14,169 nucleotides of DNA from Caedimonas varicaedens (GTDB taxonomy: Bacteria; Pseudomonadota; Alphaproteobacteria; Caedimonadales; Caedimonadaceae). This document shows, in pieces, positions 1 through 8,775 of this stretch. Each line of letters opens with the position of its first letter. The first letter of the stretch is position 1. The stretch covers positions 1 to 14,169 of the forward strand of contig BBVC01000055.1 of the NCBI GenBank assembly GCA_001192655.1. Direction: 5' to 3'. Position numbers and translations under genes: made by a program. The notes beneath the pieces are model-generated. The model made no database searches, was not told the DNA's origin, and saw only the letters and a list, made by a program, of their open reading frames with translations.

Positions 1-1
1 T

Positions 2-628
2 ATGTTGTTAGCTATAGATTATTCATTGTCTCCTGAAAATAGATTTCCTAAGGCGTTGCAAGAAGGCGTTCATGTTCTGAAATGGGTTATTAAGAATATA
101 GCTTCTTATAATGGGAACCCAGACTTTATATGTCTTTCAGGAGATAGCGCGGGTGGTAATCTGGCAGCGGTTTTAACGCAGTATGCGGCTGAAAATTCTA
201 TTGAGGCTGTAAAACTACAGTTCTTAATCTATCCTGTTCTGGATTGTTCTTTTTCTTCTCAATCTTACAATGAGTTTTCTGACGGATATTTGCTGACCAA
301 AAATGCGATGGAGTTTTACTTTGACTCTTATAAAACTCCGGATTTAAATGGCGAGGATCCTCAAGTTTCTCCTCTCTTCAATAAAATCCATGAAAAATTA
401 GTACCAGCAATCCTCGTTTCTGCCGAGTTGGATCCTTTGAAAGACGAAGGTTTCAACTATGCAGAAAAACTGAGGAATCACCAGCGATTAGTGAGTTATG
501 AATGTATTCAGGGCGTTACTCACGCATTTATCCAATTGCCTGGGGTGTTTCCTGAAGCTGATCAAGCTTTGGTGAGTTCCGCTTTAAAGATAAAAGATTT
601 TTTCTCAAGGTGTGTTCCCCCATCATAG
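2..628 (+). CDS. alpha/beta hydrolase, HSL/Aes-type carboxylesterase/lipase (5' end outside window)
   Basis: The ORF is open from the window edge. It has the GDSAGGNLAA nucleophile elbow (GxSxG), the DPLKDEG acid motif and GVTHAF (catalytic His) in the order typical of hormone-sensitive-lipase family esterases. The N-terminal HGGG region would lie upstream of the window. Confidence 0.85.
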   Translation: MLLAIDYSLSPENRFPKALQEGVHVLKWVIKNIASYNGNPDFICLSGDSAGGNLAAVLTQYAAENSIEAVKLQFLIYPVLDCSFSSQSYNEFSDGYLLTKNAMEFYFDSYKTPDLNGEDPQVSPLFNKIHEKLVPAILVSAELDPLKDEGFNYAEKLRNHQRLVSYECIQGVTHAFIQLPGVFPEADQALVSSALKIKDFFSRCVPPS

Positions 629-1865
629 CGCCCCCACATCCACAGAGTGAGCTTACCAGGAGATAAAGACCGATGAGTGTTTTTCCATTTTCCAAACTCA
701 TTAAATACATACAGAGCATGGGCGCCGTTCCACCAAATATCGCAATACCCAGACTATAACTGAAAGAGGCGCCAGAAAAGCGGGAGCGCGCATGAAAGGC
801 TTCTATAATCAAGGTATTCATCCCCCCCCAAAAGAGAGAAGCTAAAATACAGAGCAAAATGTTGAATAACAAGAATTGTTCCATATGAGAGGCAATGTCA
901 CGAGAGAATTGAAAATAAGCCATCATTGAAAATATCAGTGATCCGAACATCATGAGGGGACGTCTCTGAAATTTATCAGCCAACCTTCCGGAAAAAAGGA
1001 TGCACACACTGATACATAATAAATTTAGGAGATTCAGGTTAGAAGCAATCCCGCTTGCCTCCGGGTAATGAGTTTTAAAAAAGTAAGGCACAAAAAACGC
1101 AAGGGTATAGAGACATACACCTGTCTGCCACGCCATGAGAAATGAAGAAAAGAAGGCTAGTTTATCATTTTTAAATGAAGCTAAGAGAGGGTTCTTTACA
1201 ATCTTATTATTTTGTTTGAGATTAAGAAAGGCAGGACTTTCAATGACCCTTTTCCTGATGTAAAAGGAAATCAACGATAGGAATGCTCCTGATAAAAAGG
1301 AAAGTCTCCATGTCCATGCAGGCAGCCCTTCCAGCGTAACAAGCTTGGAGACGATAGCTCCCAGCAGCATCCCAACAATACAGGAAGATGTGACAATACT
1401 GCCAAACAGATTTTTATTTTTCGGATCGCTATGTTCCACGGCAAGAATAAGTCCGCCACTGAATTCTCCGCCAGCAGAAATACCTTGAAGGATCCGTAAC
1501 AAGATGATGATGATCGGGGCCATCAGTCCAATGATCTCATAAGAGGGAATAAGGCCAATCATGGTCGTTGAAAATCCCATCAACATGATGGAAAGCCTGA
1601 GCGCCAGTCTTCTTCCTAATCTGTCACCCACATAACCAAATATGATTCCACCCAAAGGTCTGGCTAAAAATCCTGCCGCAAAGGTTCCAAAGGTTGCAAT
1701 AAGGGAAGCTAACGGGTTATCGGAGGGAAAATACGTCTTTGCAATAATTGCAGAAAGAAAACCAAAAACTGTAAACTCGTAAAATTCCAGTGCACTTCCA
1801 AGAGAGGATGAAAAAATGATGGCAAACGAGCTGTTTTTATTTTTGACGGCCTTCCTATAAGACAT
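528..1865 (-). CDS. MFS transporter, metabolite:H+ symporter (MHS; ProP/KgtP/ShiA-like) family
   Basis: The translation predicts about 12 hydrophobic segments. It contains RPLGGIIFGYVGDRLGRR, the MHS-type MFS motif A between TM2 and TM3. I prefer the ATG at 1865 (MSYRKAV...) over the ORF-track start at 1898, because GGAGAAG lies about 8 nt upstream of it on the minus strand. Confidence 0.85.
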   Translation of the reverse strand: MSYRKAVKNKNSSFAIIFSSSLGSALEFYEFTVFGFLSAIIAKTYFPSDNPLASLIATFGTFAAGFLARPLGGIIFGYVGDRLGRRLALRLSIMLMGFSTTMIGLIPSYEIIGLMAPIIIILLRILQGISAGGEFSGGLILAVEHSDPKNKNLFGSIVTSSCIVGMLLGAIVSKLVTLEGLPAWTWRLSFLSGAFLSLISFYIRKRVIESPAFLNLKQNNKIVKNPLLASFKNDKLAFFSSFLMAWQTGVCLYTLAFFVPYFFKTHYPEASGIASNLNLLNLLCISVCILFSGRLADKFQRRPLMMFGSLIFSMMAYFQFSRDIASHMEQFLLFNILLCILASLFWGGMNTLIIEAFHARSRFSGASFSYSLGIAIFGGTAPMLCMYLMSLENGKTLIGLYLLVSSLCGCGGAMMGEHTLRKNLLSLKRNSPKLDQLQETPQAIG

Positions 1866-2088
1866 TGTTCTCTTCTCCCCCCATGACTTTTGGATCAACA
1901 GGAATAGTTTTCGTATCCCCTAAAGAATTTTTATTATGCTATTGTCTTAACGATCTTACAATGAAGACTTTTTTATGATGATTAGAATTTAGATCAGAGA
2001 AAGAGTCTTGAAAAGCAAGCGGTACATATATGGTACATTTTATAAATAAGAAGAAAACGCTATACTACAAAAAATCCAGTATTTGCAA

Positions 2089-2164
<76 letters not shown>

Positions 2165-2232
2165 ATATCAAATGGATGACCTTGGTATATCAAAGTCCGC
2201 AATATCATGCTAGCCCATAAATAAATTTTTTA

Positions 2233-2306
2233 TGGAGGCCGGGACCGGAATCGAACCGACGTTTAAGGATTTGCAGTCCTCCGCATAACCATTCTGCCAC
2301 CCGGCC
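2233..2306 (-). tRNA. tRNA-Cys (anticodon GCA), CCA encoded
   Basis: The minus-strand read is GGCCGGG TG GCAGAATGGTTATGC ... GGACT GCA AATCC ... GGTTCGATTCC ... CCCGGCC T CCA. It is 74 nt, with acceptor GGCCGGG/CCCGGCC, anticodon loop CT-GCA-AA and a TTCGA T-loop. Confidence 0.9.
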
Positions 2307-2336
2307 ACTAACATAATACCGTGCAATGTAATCTTC

Positions 2337-2954
2337 TCAGACGCTTGGGTCAATTCTGTTTTTCTTTTTTTTGCGAGCCTCAACAATTTTACGATAAATG
2401 CAAATTCCCCCAAGAGAAAAAATAATCAATACAGCCAGCGTCAAGACCACAATTTTTTGATAATGGCCTATTTGATGGACAATTTGTTCAATTTTATCCG
2501 CAAAGAAATAACCTAGCATGTATCCCCCCACGCAACTGATAATCGTCCAAATGATGGCTGCAACAAAGTTGAGGATAATAAAACGTTTGACGCTGATGCC
2601 GGCGGTGCCAATCACAAGGGGACTGAGGGTACGAATGCCATAAACGAATCGAAACCCAAGGATAAATAGAATATTATGTTTATGGAGAAGCCTGAAGATT
2701 CTCTTTGTTCTTTCCTGCCACTCGGGATGACGAGCAAGGATTCTGGCGCCCCGGCTATGACCAATAAAAAATAATATTTGATCTGCAAATAATGTGCTGA
2801 AGAAAGCGATTATCATCACCCACTCTAATTTTAGAAAACCCGTATAGGCAAGGAATCCCGCTGTAAGAACGACGGACTCTCCTTCAACGCAAGCCCCCAG
2901 GAACAAAATAAAATAGGCTAAATGGGGACCCATTTCTGTCAGAAAGTCGATCAA
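2337..2954 (-). CDS. DedA/VTT-domain (SNARE-associated) inner-membrane protein
   Basis: The 205-aa protein has the DedA pattern LGACVEGESVVLTAGFLA ... FIGHSRG ... GFRFVYGIRTLSPLVIGTAGIS and several TM segments. The start is TTG at 2954, preceded on the minus strand by AAAGGAGA with a 6-nt spacer. Confidence 0.85.
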   Translation of the reverse strand: MIDFLTEMGPHLAYFILFLGACVEGESVVLTAGFLAYTGFLKLEWVMIIAFFSTLFADQILFFIGHSRGARILARHPEWQERTKRIFRLLHKHNILFILGFRFVYGIRTLSPLVIGTAGISVKRFIILNFVAAIIWTIISCVGGYMLGYFFADKIEQIVHQIGHYQKIVVLTLAVLIIFSLGGICIYRKIVEARKKKKNRIDPSV

Positions 2955-3059
2955 AAGAAGTCTCCTTTAAAAAAGCCTACTTCCTTATGCCAGTCTACGA
3001 GATTAAATTCAACAGACCTGAATATTTGAGTTTTTGGGCAGTGAGTATTTCAGGATTAT

Positions 3060-3133
3060 TGGCTGGGAGACCTGGATTCGAACCAGGACTGCACGGTCCA
3101 GAGCCGAGAGTTCTACCGTTAAACTATCTCCCA
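3060..3133 (-). tRNA. tRNA-Gln (anticodon CTG), CCA encoded
   Basis: The minus-strand read is TGGGAGA TA GTTT AACGGTA GAAC T CTCGG CTCTGGA CCGTG CAGT CCTGG TTCGAAT CCAGG TCTCCCA G CCA. It is 74 nt with anticodon loop CT-CTG-GA. There is one U-U mismatch in the anticodon stem. Confidence 0.85.
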
Positions 3134-3150
3134 AATCCTGATGAGTGAGT

Positions 3151-3179
3151 GTTATATCAGGAACAGGAAAGCTGGTCTA
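3151..3179 (-). promoter_or_regulatory. candidate sigma70-type promoter for tRNA-Gln (and possibly downstream dedA and tRNAs)
   Basis: The minus strand reads TAGACC (-35-like, 4/6), a 17-nt spacer ending in TGa, then TATAAC (-10, extended -10 TGnTATAAC). The -10 ends about 17 nt upstream of the mature tRNA 5' end. This is motif inspection only. Confidence 0.35.
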
Positions 3180-3420
3180 GCGCAGTTTTCAGTTTTTGGT
3201 GTTTTTTAATTTAAGGCAAGAATCCAGATTCTCAGCGTGCGAAATCCATTTGTCCTTGAAAATTTTTATTTTTTATCAAAAACTTGCTTTTCTCTCTCAA
3301 AATTGTAAAAAATCCGTTAATTTTATGCTTTGCGATGAGAGATATTTCTGTTTAACTAGCCTCATAAAATCATCTGTTGGGTCGTTCATTGTGATAACAA
3401 AAAAAGCCAGGGATTTTCTT

Positions 3421-3984
3421 ATGCCTGATAAGTCAAACCTCTTTCTTACCCGTCGCCAGCTTCTCATCAGTGGTGGAGCCGCCATGATTGGATCATTTTT
3501 GCTTCCCTGTCTGGGCTTTGCTTCAGTCAAGAGTTTACATGAACGTTCACTCTTATTGTATAACAAGCACACAGGTGAGTGGTTTAAGGATCCCTATTGG
3601 ATTGAAGGGAAATACGTTCCTGAATCTCTTAAGCGCTTGAACCATCTTTTGAGGGATAAGCTGAACAATAAAACCATTCATATAGATAAACGTGTTTTTG
3701 ATCTTATGTGCGCTCTTCAAAATAAAGTCAGTATAAAAAAGCCCCTTGAAGTTATTTGCGGATATCGTTCTCCAGAAACAAATAATTATTTGAGAAAAGT
3801 CAGCAGCGGCGTTGCCAGAAATAGTTTACACGTTCTTGGGCGCGCTGTTGATATTCGTATGAAAGACATTAATCTAGGCAAATTTCGCGATGCCGCAAAA
3901 TCCCTGAAAATGGGGGGAGTGGGCTACTATCCCCGGTCAGGATTTATTCATGTGGATGTGCGTCCCCAGCCCTACTATTGGTAG
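3421..3984 (+). CDS. Tat-exported DUF882 / peptidase M15A family protein (YcbK/MepK-like murein endopeptidase)
   Basis: From the ATG at 3421 the protein starts MPDKSNLFLTRRQLLISGGAAMIGSFLLPCLGFA. That gives a twin-arginine motif TRRQLL, a hydrophobic core and a GFA cleavage site. The C-terminal part has the metal-ligand pattern SLHVLGRAVD ... GFIHVDVR typical of DUF882/M15 peptidases. The 75 upstream codons in the ORF-track entry (3196) look non-coding. Confidence 0.8.
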   Translation: MPDKSNLFLTRRQLLISGGAAMIGSFLLPCLGFASVKSLHERSLLLYNKHTGEWFKDPYWIEGKYVPESLKRLNHLLRDKLNNKTIHIDKRVFDLMCALQNKVSIKKPLEVICGYRSPETNNYLRKVSSGVARNSLHVLGRAVDIRMKDINLGKFRDAAKSLKMGGVGYYPRSGFIHVDVRPQPYYW

Positions 3985-4627
3985 GTGAGAAAAGTCTGAT
4001 TTTTTTGAGAGACTTGGAATCAAGGATTCCCTATTCCGTCATTTTTGTAGCAGCAAGCAAGGTATAACGCGACCTGCCTATATTAGAAGTCTCAATTAAC
4101 AATTATTGCTTTCTTGTTTACCTTACGTCAGGATTAGCGCCATTATTTTCATCAAAAAATAAATTTTTTGCTGAATAGGTATCTTATTTATTAATGGCAA
4201 AATTACTTTGTGATCTTAAGAGATGCGTTGCTTCTCGTTTATGGAATATAAACACAACAGACATGAAAGTTGAGCATATTTATGCTCCTCTTCAATTGTT
4301 ACAAGTTTCCAAAGAATGGCAAAAGGTTAATAACGACTACGCCCAGTTTTTATGAAACCAATTCAGTGAAGATTACCCCCCTTCAGAAATGATCTCAAAA
4401 CAAGAAATATTCTTCTTTCCAGGATAAAAATTTCCTCTATACTTCCTACCAAAAAGACTCTTCGACTCTTTCCTGCTCAGCCGACGGAAATACCAGAAAT
4501 AGAAACTATTTCTTCAGAAAAAATATTTAGAGTTTTTTGGATATAATTATGGTTTGGGAAGTCTGGAGCAGAATCGTGAAAAAGCGCTAGAATATATTCA
4601 GAACGACAAACTTGCCTACTAGAAAAG

Positions 4628-4649
4628 TATTTGGATAGTTATCCAAATA
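4628..4649 (-). terminator. candidate intrinsic terminator downstream of acnA
   Basis: This is the perfect palindrome TATTTGGAT-AACT/AGTT-ATCCAAATA, giving a 9-bp stem and 4-nt loop. It lies 18 nt past the acnA stop and is followed on the minus strand by CTTTTCT. The stem is AT-rich with only 2 G:C pairs, so strength is uncertain. Confidence 0.4.
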
Positions 4650-4666
4650 CTGGGAAGAAGTATACC

Positions 4667-7369
4667 TTACAAACGTGCAGGAGAGTTCAGCAGGTTTCTT
4701 AAAACATAATGGAGAATGCCATCATTCAGAAAATATTCGACCTCGTCAAGCGTATCTATGCGAGATAGCAAGGAGATTATTTCCTGAGAGCCGTCGGTGC
4801 GATGAATAACGCAGTTTATCTCCATGCGTGGTTTGAGGTTTTGCTCAAACCCGGAGATATCAAACAGTTCCCTGCCCGTCAGTTTCAGGGTTTGACGATT
4901 GATTCCCGCCTTGAATTGCAGTGGCAAAACACCCATACCTACCAGATTGGAGCGGTGGATGCGTTCAAAACTTTCAGCAATAACGGCCTTGACGCCCAAA
5001 AGACGCGCTCCCTTGGCAGCCCAGTCTCTTGAGGATCCTGTACCATATTCTTGCCCTGCAATAACGACCAGGGGAATATGCTCGCTCTGATAACGCATAG
5101 CTGCATCATAAATGGGCAGAATTTCGCCACTGGGATAATGCCGTGTGACACCTCCTGTCATTTCAGGAATCATTTCATTTTTAAGACGAATATTGGCGAA
5201 TGTTCCTCGCATCATGACTTCATGATTGCCACGGCGAGATCCATAAGAGTTAAATTGTGTTGCCCCAACATGATGTTCTTCCAAATATTTTCCGGCGGGA
5301 CCTTCGTATTGTATGGAACCAGCTGGAGAAATGTGATCGGTTGTGATGCTATCTCCTAAAATCGCCAGAGGTCGTGCGTGATGGATTGCCATCAACTTTG
5401 GAGGGACTGAAGACATATTTTCAAAAAAAGGCGGTAATTTCACATAAGTGCTTTGAGCATCCCACTCATAGGTCAAGCCTGATTTACTCTTCGTCAGGGA
5501 ACGCCATTCCTCATCTCCTCCAAAAACTTCAGCGTAACGCTGGCGAAACATCTCAGGTGTTAAACTTTGTTCTATGGCATGACGAATATCAGCATTGGAA
5601 GGCCAGATGTCCTTTAAATAAACAGGTTTACCGTCTTTGCCGATACCGAGAGGCGTATGATTCAAATCAAATTTCATGGACCCAGCCAGGGCATAAGCAA
5701 CAACCAACAGAGGTGACGCAAGATAACTGTATTTCACTTGAGGATGAATACGCCCATCAAAATTGCGGTTGCCGGAAAGGACGCTGACAACAGAAAGGTT
5801 ATTTTCCTCAATAGCCCGAGCAATTTCTGGTAAGAGAGGCCCCGAGTTGCCAATGCAGGTGGTACAACCATAACCTACAAGGTTAAAACCCATTTCATCC
5901 AGAACATCTTGCAAACCAGCTTTTTCCAGGTAGTCTGTCACAACCTTCGAGCCGGGAGCAAGAGAAGTCTTAACCCACGGCTTGACCTTGAGCCCCTTAT
6001 CCCGCGCATTACGTGCCAGTAATCCCGCTCCCAGCATAACAGAAGGATTGGATGTATTTGTGCAGCTTGTAATCGCAGCAATCACAATGTGACCATTTTC
6101 AAGATCAAAAGGTTCTCTACCCTCAGAAGTTACAGAGATTTTTTGATCGATCTTGACATTTTCAGACTTCAAAACCGCCATGATGGATTCAACAGATTTT
6201 GAGAGTAATACTTTATCCTGGGGGCGTTTTGGTCCTGCAAGAACAGGTTCAATATCTGCAAGATTCAGTTCTAGTGTTTCAGTAAAAACAGGATCGACCG
6301 TTGTATCATCCCGCCATAACCCCTGTTCTTTTGCATAGGCTTCAACCAATTTGATGCGCTGGGGATCTCTGCCTGTAAAAGCGAGGTAGCGCAAGGTCTC
6401 GCGATCGGTAGGAAAGAAGCTACATGTAGCGCCAAACTCAGGCGACATATTGGAGACTGTTGCCCGATCTGCAATCGACATATGACGGAGCCCGTCTCCA
6501 TAGAATTCAACAAATTTATTAACGACGCCATGAGTTCGCAACATATGTGTCACAGTCAAAACCAAATCAGTGGCGGTGGCGCCTTCACGCAACTCTCCGC
6601 TCAACTTAAACCCAATGACTTCTGGAATAACCATGGAAAGAGGCTGGCCCAGCATAACAGCTTCTGCCTCAATGCCGCCAACACCCCAGCCCAATACGGA
6701 AAGACCATTGATCATGGTTGTATGGCTGTCTGTACCGACCAGAGTATCTGGATATGCATAAGCCTTGCCGTCTCGAGAAGCTGTCCATACCACCTGTCCC
6801 AGGTATTCCAGGTTTACCTGGTGACAAATCCCTGTGCCAGGCGGAACGACACGAAAATTATTGAACGCTTCTTGCCCCCACCTGAGAAAAGCATAGCGCT
6901 CACGATTTCGTCCGTATTCCATTAAGACATTATGGCGAAAAGCATTGGCAGAACCGTACTCATCAACCATCACAGAATGATCAATGATAAGGTCAACAGG
7001 AACAAGAGGATTAATTTGCCGCGCATCTCCCCCCAATTTTACAATGGCTTCTCGCATGGCCGCCAGATCGACAACAGCAGGAACGCCCGTAAAATCTTGC
7101 ATCAGAACACGCGCAGGCTGAAAAGCAATTTCATGTTGAGATTTCGTGGTTGCAGCCCATTTTCCCAGCGCTTTGATATCATCAAGGGTTACCGTTCGCC
7201 CATTTTCATGACGCAGCAGATTCTCAAGCAAAACTTTTAGAGAAAAAGGGAGATGAGCAATTTCAGGAATCTTTTTTTCAGCTTCCCTGAGAGAGAAATA
7301 GTGATAGGTCTGATTATCCACTTGCAGGGTTTTGTGACATTCTAATGAGTTATGAACGATACGTGACAT
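4667..7369 (-). CDS. acnA: aconitate hydratase A (AcnA/IRP-type aconitase)
   Basis: The 900-aa protein starts ...KTLQVDNQTYHYFSLREAEK...LPFSLKVLLENLLRHENG. It has the Fe-S ligand regions ITSCTNTSNP and GCTTCIGNSG and a C-terminal swivel domain with GQEYGTGSSRDWAAKG. GAGGGG lies about 8 nt upstream of the ATG. Confidence 0.95.
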   Translation of the reverse strand: MSRIVHNSLECHKTLQVDNQTYHYFSLREAEKKIPEIAHLPFSLKVLLENLLRHENGRTVTLDDIKALGKWAATTKSQHEIAFQPARVLMQDFTGVPAVVDLAAMREAIVKLGGDARQINPLVPVDLIIDHSVMVDEYGSANAFRHNVLMEYGRNRERYAFLRWGQEAFNNFRVVPPGTGICHQVNLEYLGQVVWTASRDGKAYAYPDTLVGTDSHTTMINGLSVLGWGVGGIEAEAVMLGQPLSMVIPEVIGFKLSGELREGATATDLVLTVTHMLRTHGVVNKFVEFYGDGLRHMSIADRATVSNMSPEFGATCSFFPTDRETLRYLAFTGRDPQRIKLVEAYAKEQGLWRDDTTVDPVFTETLELNLADIEPVLAGPKRPQDKVLLSKSVESIMAVLKSENVKIDQKISVTSEGREPFDLENGHIVIAAITSCTNTSNPSVMLGAGLLARNARDKGLKVKPWVKTSLAPGSKVVTDYLEKAGLQDVLDEMGFNLVGYGCTTCIGNSGPLLPEIARAIEENNLSVVSVLSGNRNFDGRIHPQVKYSYLASPLLVVAYALAGSMKFDLNHTPLGIGKDGKPVYLKDIWPSNADIRHAIEQSLTPEMFRQRYAEVFGGDEEWRSLTKSKSGLTYEWDAQSTYVKLPPFFENMSSVPPKLMAIHHARPLAILGDSITTDHISPAGSIQYEGPAGKYLEEHHVGATQFNSYGSRRGNHEVMMRGTFANIRLKNEMIPEMTGGVTRHYPSGEILPIYDAAMRYQSEHIPLVVIAGQEYGTGSSRDWAAKGARLLGVKAVIAESFERIHRSNLVGMGVLPLQFKAGINRQTLKLTGRELFDISGFEQNLKPRMEINCVIHRTDGSQEIISLLSRIDTLDEVEYFLNDGILHYVLRNLLNSPARL

Positions 7370-7612
7370 GAAATTCCCCTCTTTACTTTCTTCTTTAGCT
7401 TAAAATTTATCACATGTTTTAGCAACTGGGGAGAAATTCCAGGCGAAAATAAGGTAACTTTTGTTATCTCCTTGGCAAGAGGATGACAATGTTAAAAACG
7501 CAGAGCGGAAATTAATTAGGTTCTGTTTTACAATTCTCTCAGCCAAGCGGCATCCCTAACGATCATCAACACTTTTAGGGGAAAGGAAAGAGAGAGTCAG
7601 ATTATTGTAAAA

Positions 7613-8659
7613 CTATACAGCCATAACCTTTTTCTCTAACGCACTTTGATGGCACGCATTAATCAGCTTAATGACTTCAAGACTACTTATTGGGTCCACA
7701 GGTGGGACTCTCTGAGCCCCTATAGATTGTGCCAAATGTTCATAAAACTCTTGATATCTTCCCTGTTCAGAAATGACAGTAGATTTTAAGGGGAGTCCCT
7801 GATTATCCAAAATCGTTAACGTTCCGGAATGAGTCGCAGGTTCCTTTCCCCAGTCGGATGAGGGCTTAAAAGCATGCTCAATCAAACAGGTTTCTTGAGG
7901 GTCAACTCCAAACTTTACAAAGGATCCCTTTGTTCCGTGCACCATAAACTTAGGACCTGGGTCTAAACATAAGTTACTTCCTCCTAATGAAACCTTTAGT
8001 CCTGTGGGATAGGATAAGAGGACCTTAAAATAGTCGGTGGCTTTGGCAAAGGGGCGTTGGCAAGCACAATCAGCAAAAACCTCTGTGGGCATACCAAAAA
8101 GAAGTAGCGCTTGATCGATTAAATGAGCTCCGAGGTCCCATAAGATTCCCGAGCCGGGGACATCATCTTCCTTCCACCTCTTTTTCACCTCAGGTCGGAA
8201 TCGGTCATACCTAGATTCAACGTAATAAATGTCTCCTAAGAAACCTTCTTTCATCAGTTTTTGAATGGTCAGAAAATCAGCATCCCACCGACGATTATGG
8301 AAAACGGTCAAGATCCTTTGGTGTTGTTTTGCCAGGGCAAGCAATTCTTCGCCCTCGGCTTCCGTCAAAACAAAAGGTTTTTCAACCACCACATGTTTAT
8401 GGTGAGATAAGGTTTTAAAAGCATGTTCGAAATGCAGACCATTGGGTGACGTAATGATAATCAGATCAATCTCTTGATCTTCCCAAACGTCTTCTAAATG
8501 AGACGTAAATTGTATAGAGGGATGAGTTAGATGGGCAGAGGTTTGTGTTGTATAAATTTTTCGAACGTCGTAAGACTCCAATACCTTCAAAAAGGGTAGA
8601 TGAAAAGTTTTGGCAGAAAAACCAAACCCAATAATGCCAACCCGGATCTTTGAGGTCAT
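7613..8659 (-). CDS. Gfo/Idh/MocA family NAD(P)-dependent oxidoreductase (YdgJ-like)
   Basis: The 348-aa protein has an N-terminal Rossmann start IRVGIIGFGFSAKTFHLPFL, the family EKP motif (HVVVEKPF) and a C-terminal alpha/beta domain. Substrate is not inferable. Confidence 0.85.
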   Translation of the reverse strand: MTSKIRVGIIGFGFSAKTFHLPFLKVLESYDVRKIYTTQTSAHLTHPSIQFTSHLEDVWEDQEIDLIIITSPNGLHFEHAFKTLSHHKHVVVEKPFVLTEAEGEELLALAKQHQRILTVFHNRRWDADFLTIQKLMKEGFLGDIYYVESRYDRFRPEVKKRWKEDDVPGSGILWDLGAHLIDQALLLFGMPTEVFADCACQRPFAKATDYFKVLLSYPTGLKVSLGGSNLCLDPGPKFMVHGTKGSFVKFGVDPQETCLIEHAFKPSSDWGKEPATHSGTLTILDNQGLPLKSTVISEQGRYQEFYEHLAQSIGAQRVPPVDPISSLEVIKLINACHQSALEKKVMAV

Positions 8660-8775
8660 ACAGAGGAACCCTTTATTTTTATCATTACGTATTTCTTATA
8701 TCCCTTTAAACAACGAAAGAAATAAGTGAAAAAAACCTTTCCATATTCTTTATTTTCTGGTTTAAAAAAAGTGTT

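Noticed and set aside
1271-1459. 62-aa minus-strand ORF inside the MFS transporter gene.
   Set aside because: It is an alternative frame of the same strand within a clearly coding MFS gene, and its composition is not protein-like.
2210-2413. 67-aa minus-strand ORF spanning tRNA-Cys and the dedA 3' end.
   Set aside because: It reads straight through a canonical tRNA gene and overlaps the dedA C-terminus, so it is an artefact.
3196-3572. The N-terminal 75-codon extension of the DUF882 ORF (TTG at 3196) and the antisense 91-aa ORF at 3297-3572.
   Set aside because: The extension is AT-rich and low-complexity. It would also bury the Tat signal (TRRQLL), which must be N-terminal, so the ATG at 3421 gives a canonical Tat-signal protein. 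The antisense ORF overlaps that signal and promoter region with no features of its own.
4802-7240. Many 60-147-aa ORFs on both strands nested inside acnA (for example 4802-5032, 5051-5359, 5374-5787, 6482-6925, 6932-7240, and minus-strand 4939-5151 and 6271-6531).
   Set aside because: All lie wholly inside a 900-aa ORF with unmistakable aconitase motifs. Their translations are low-complexity or Cys/Arg/Ser-rich in the manner of off-frame or antisense reading, and none has a recognisable motif or RBS.
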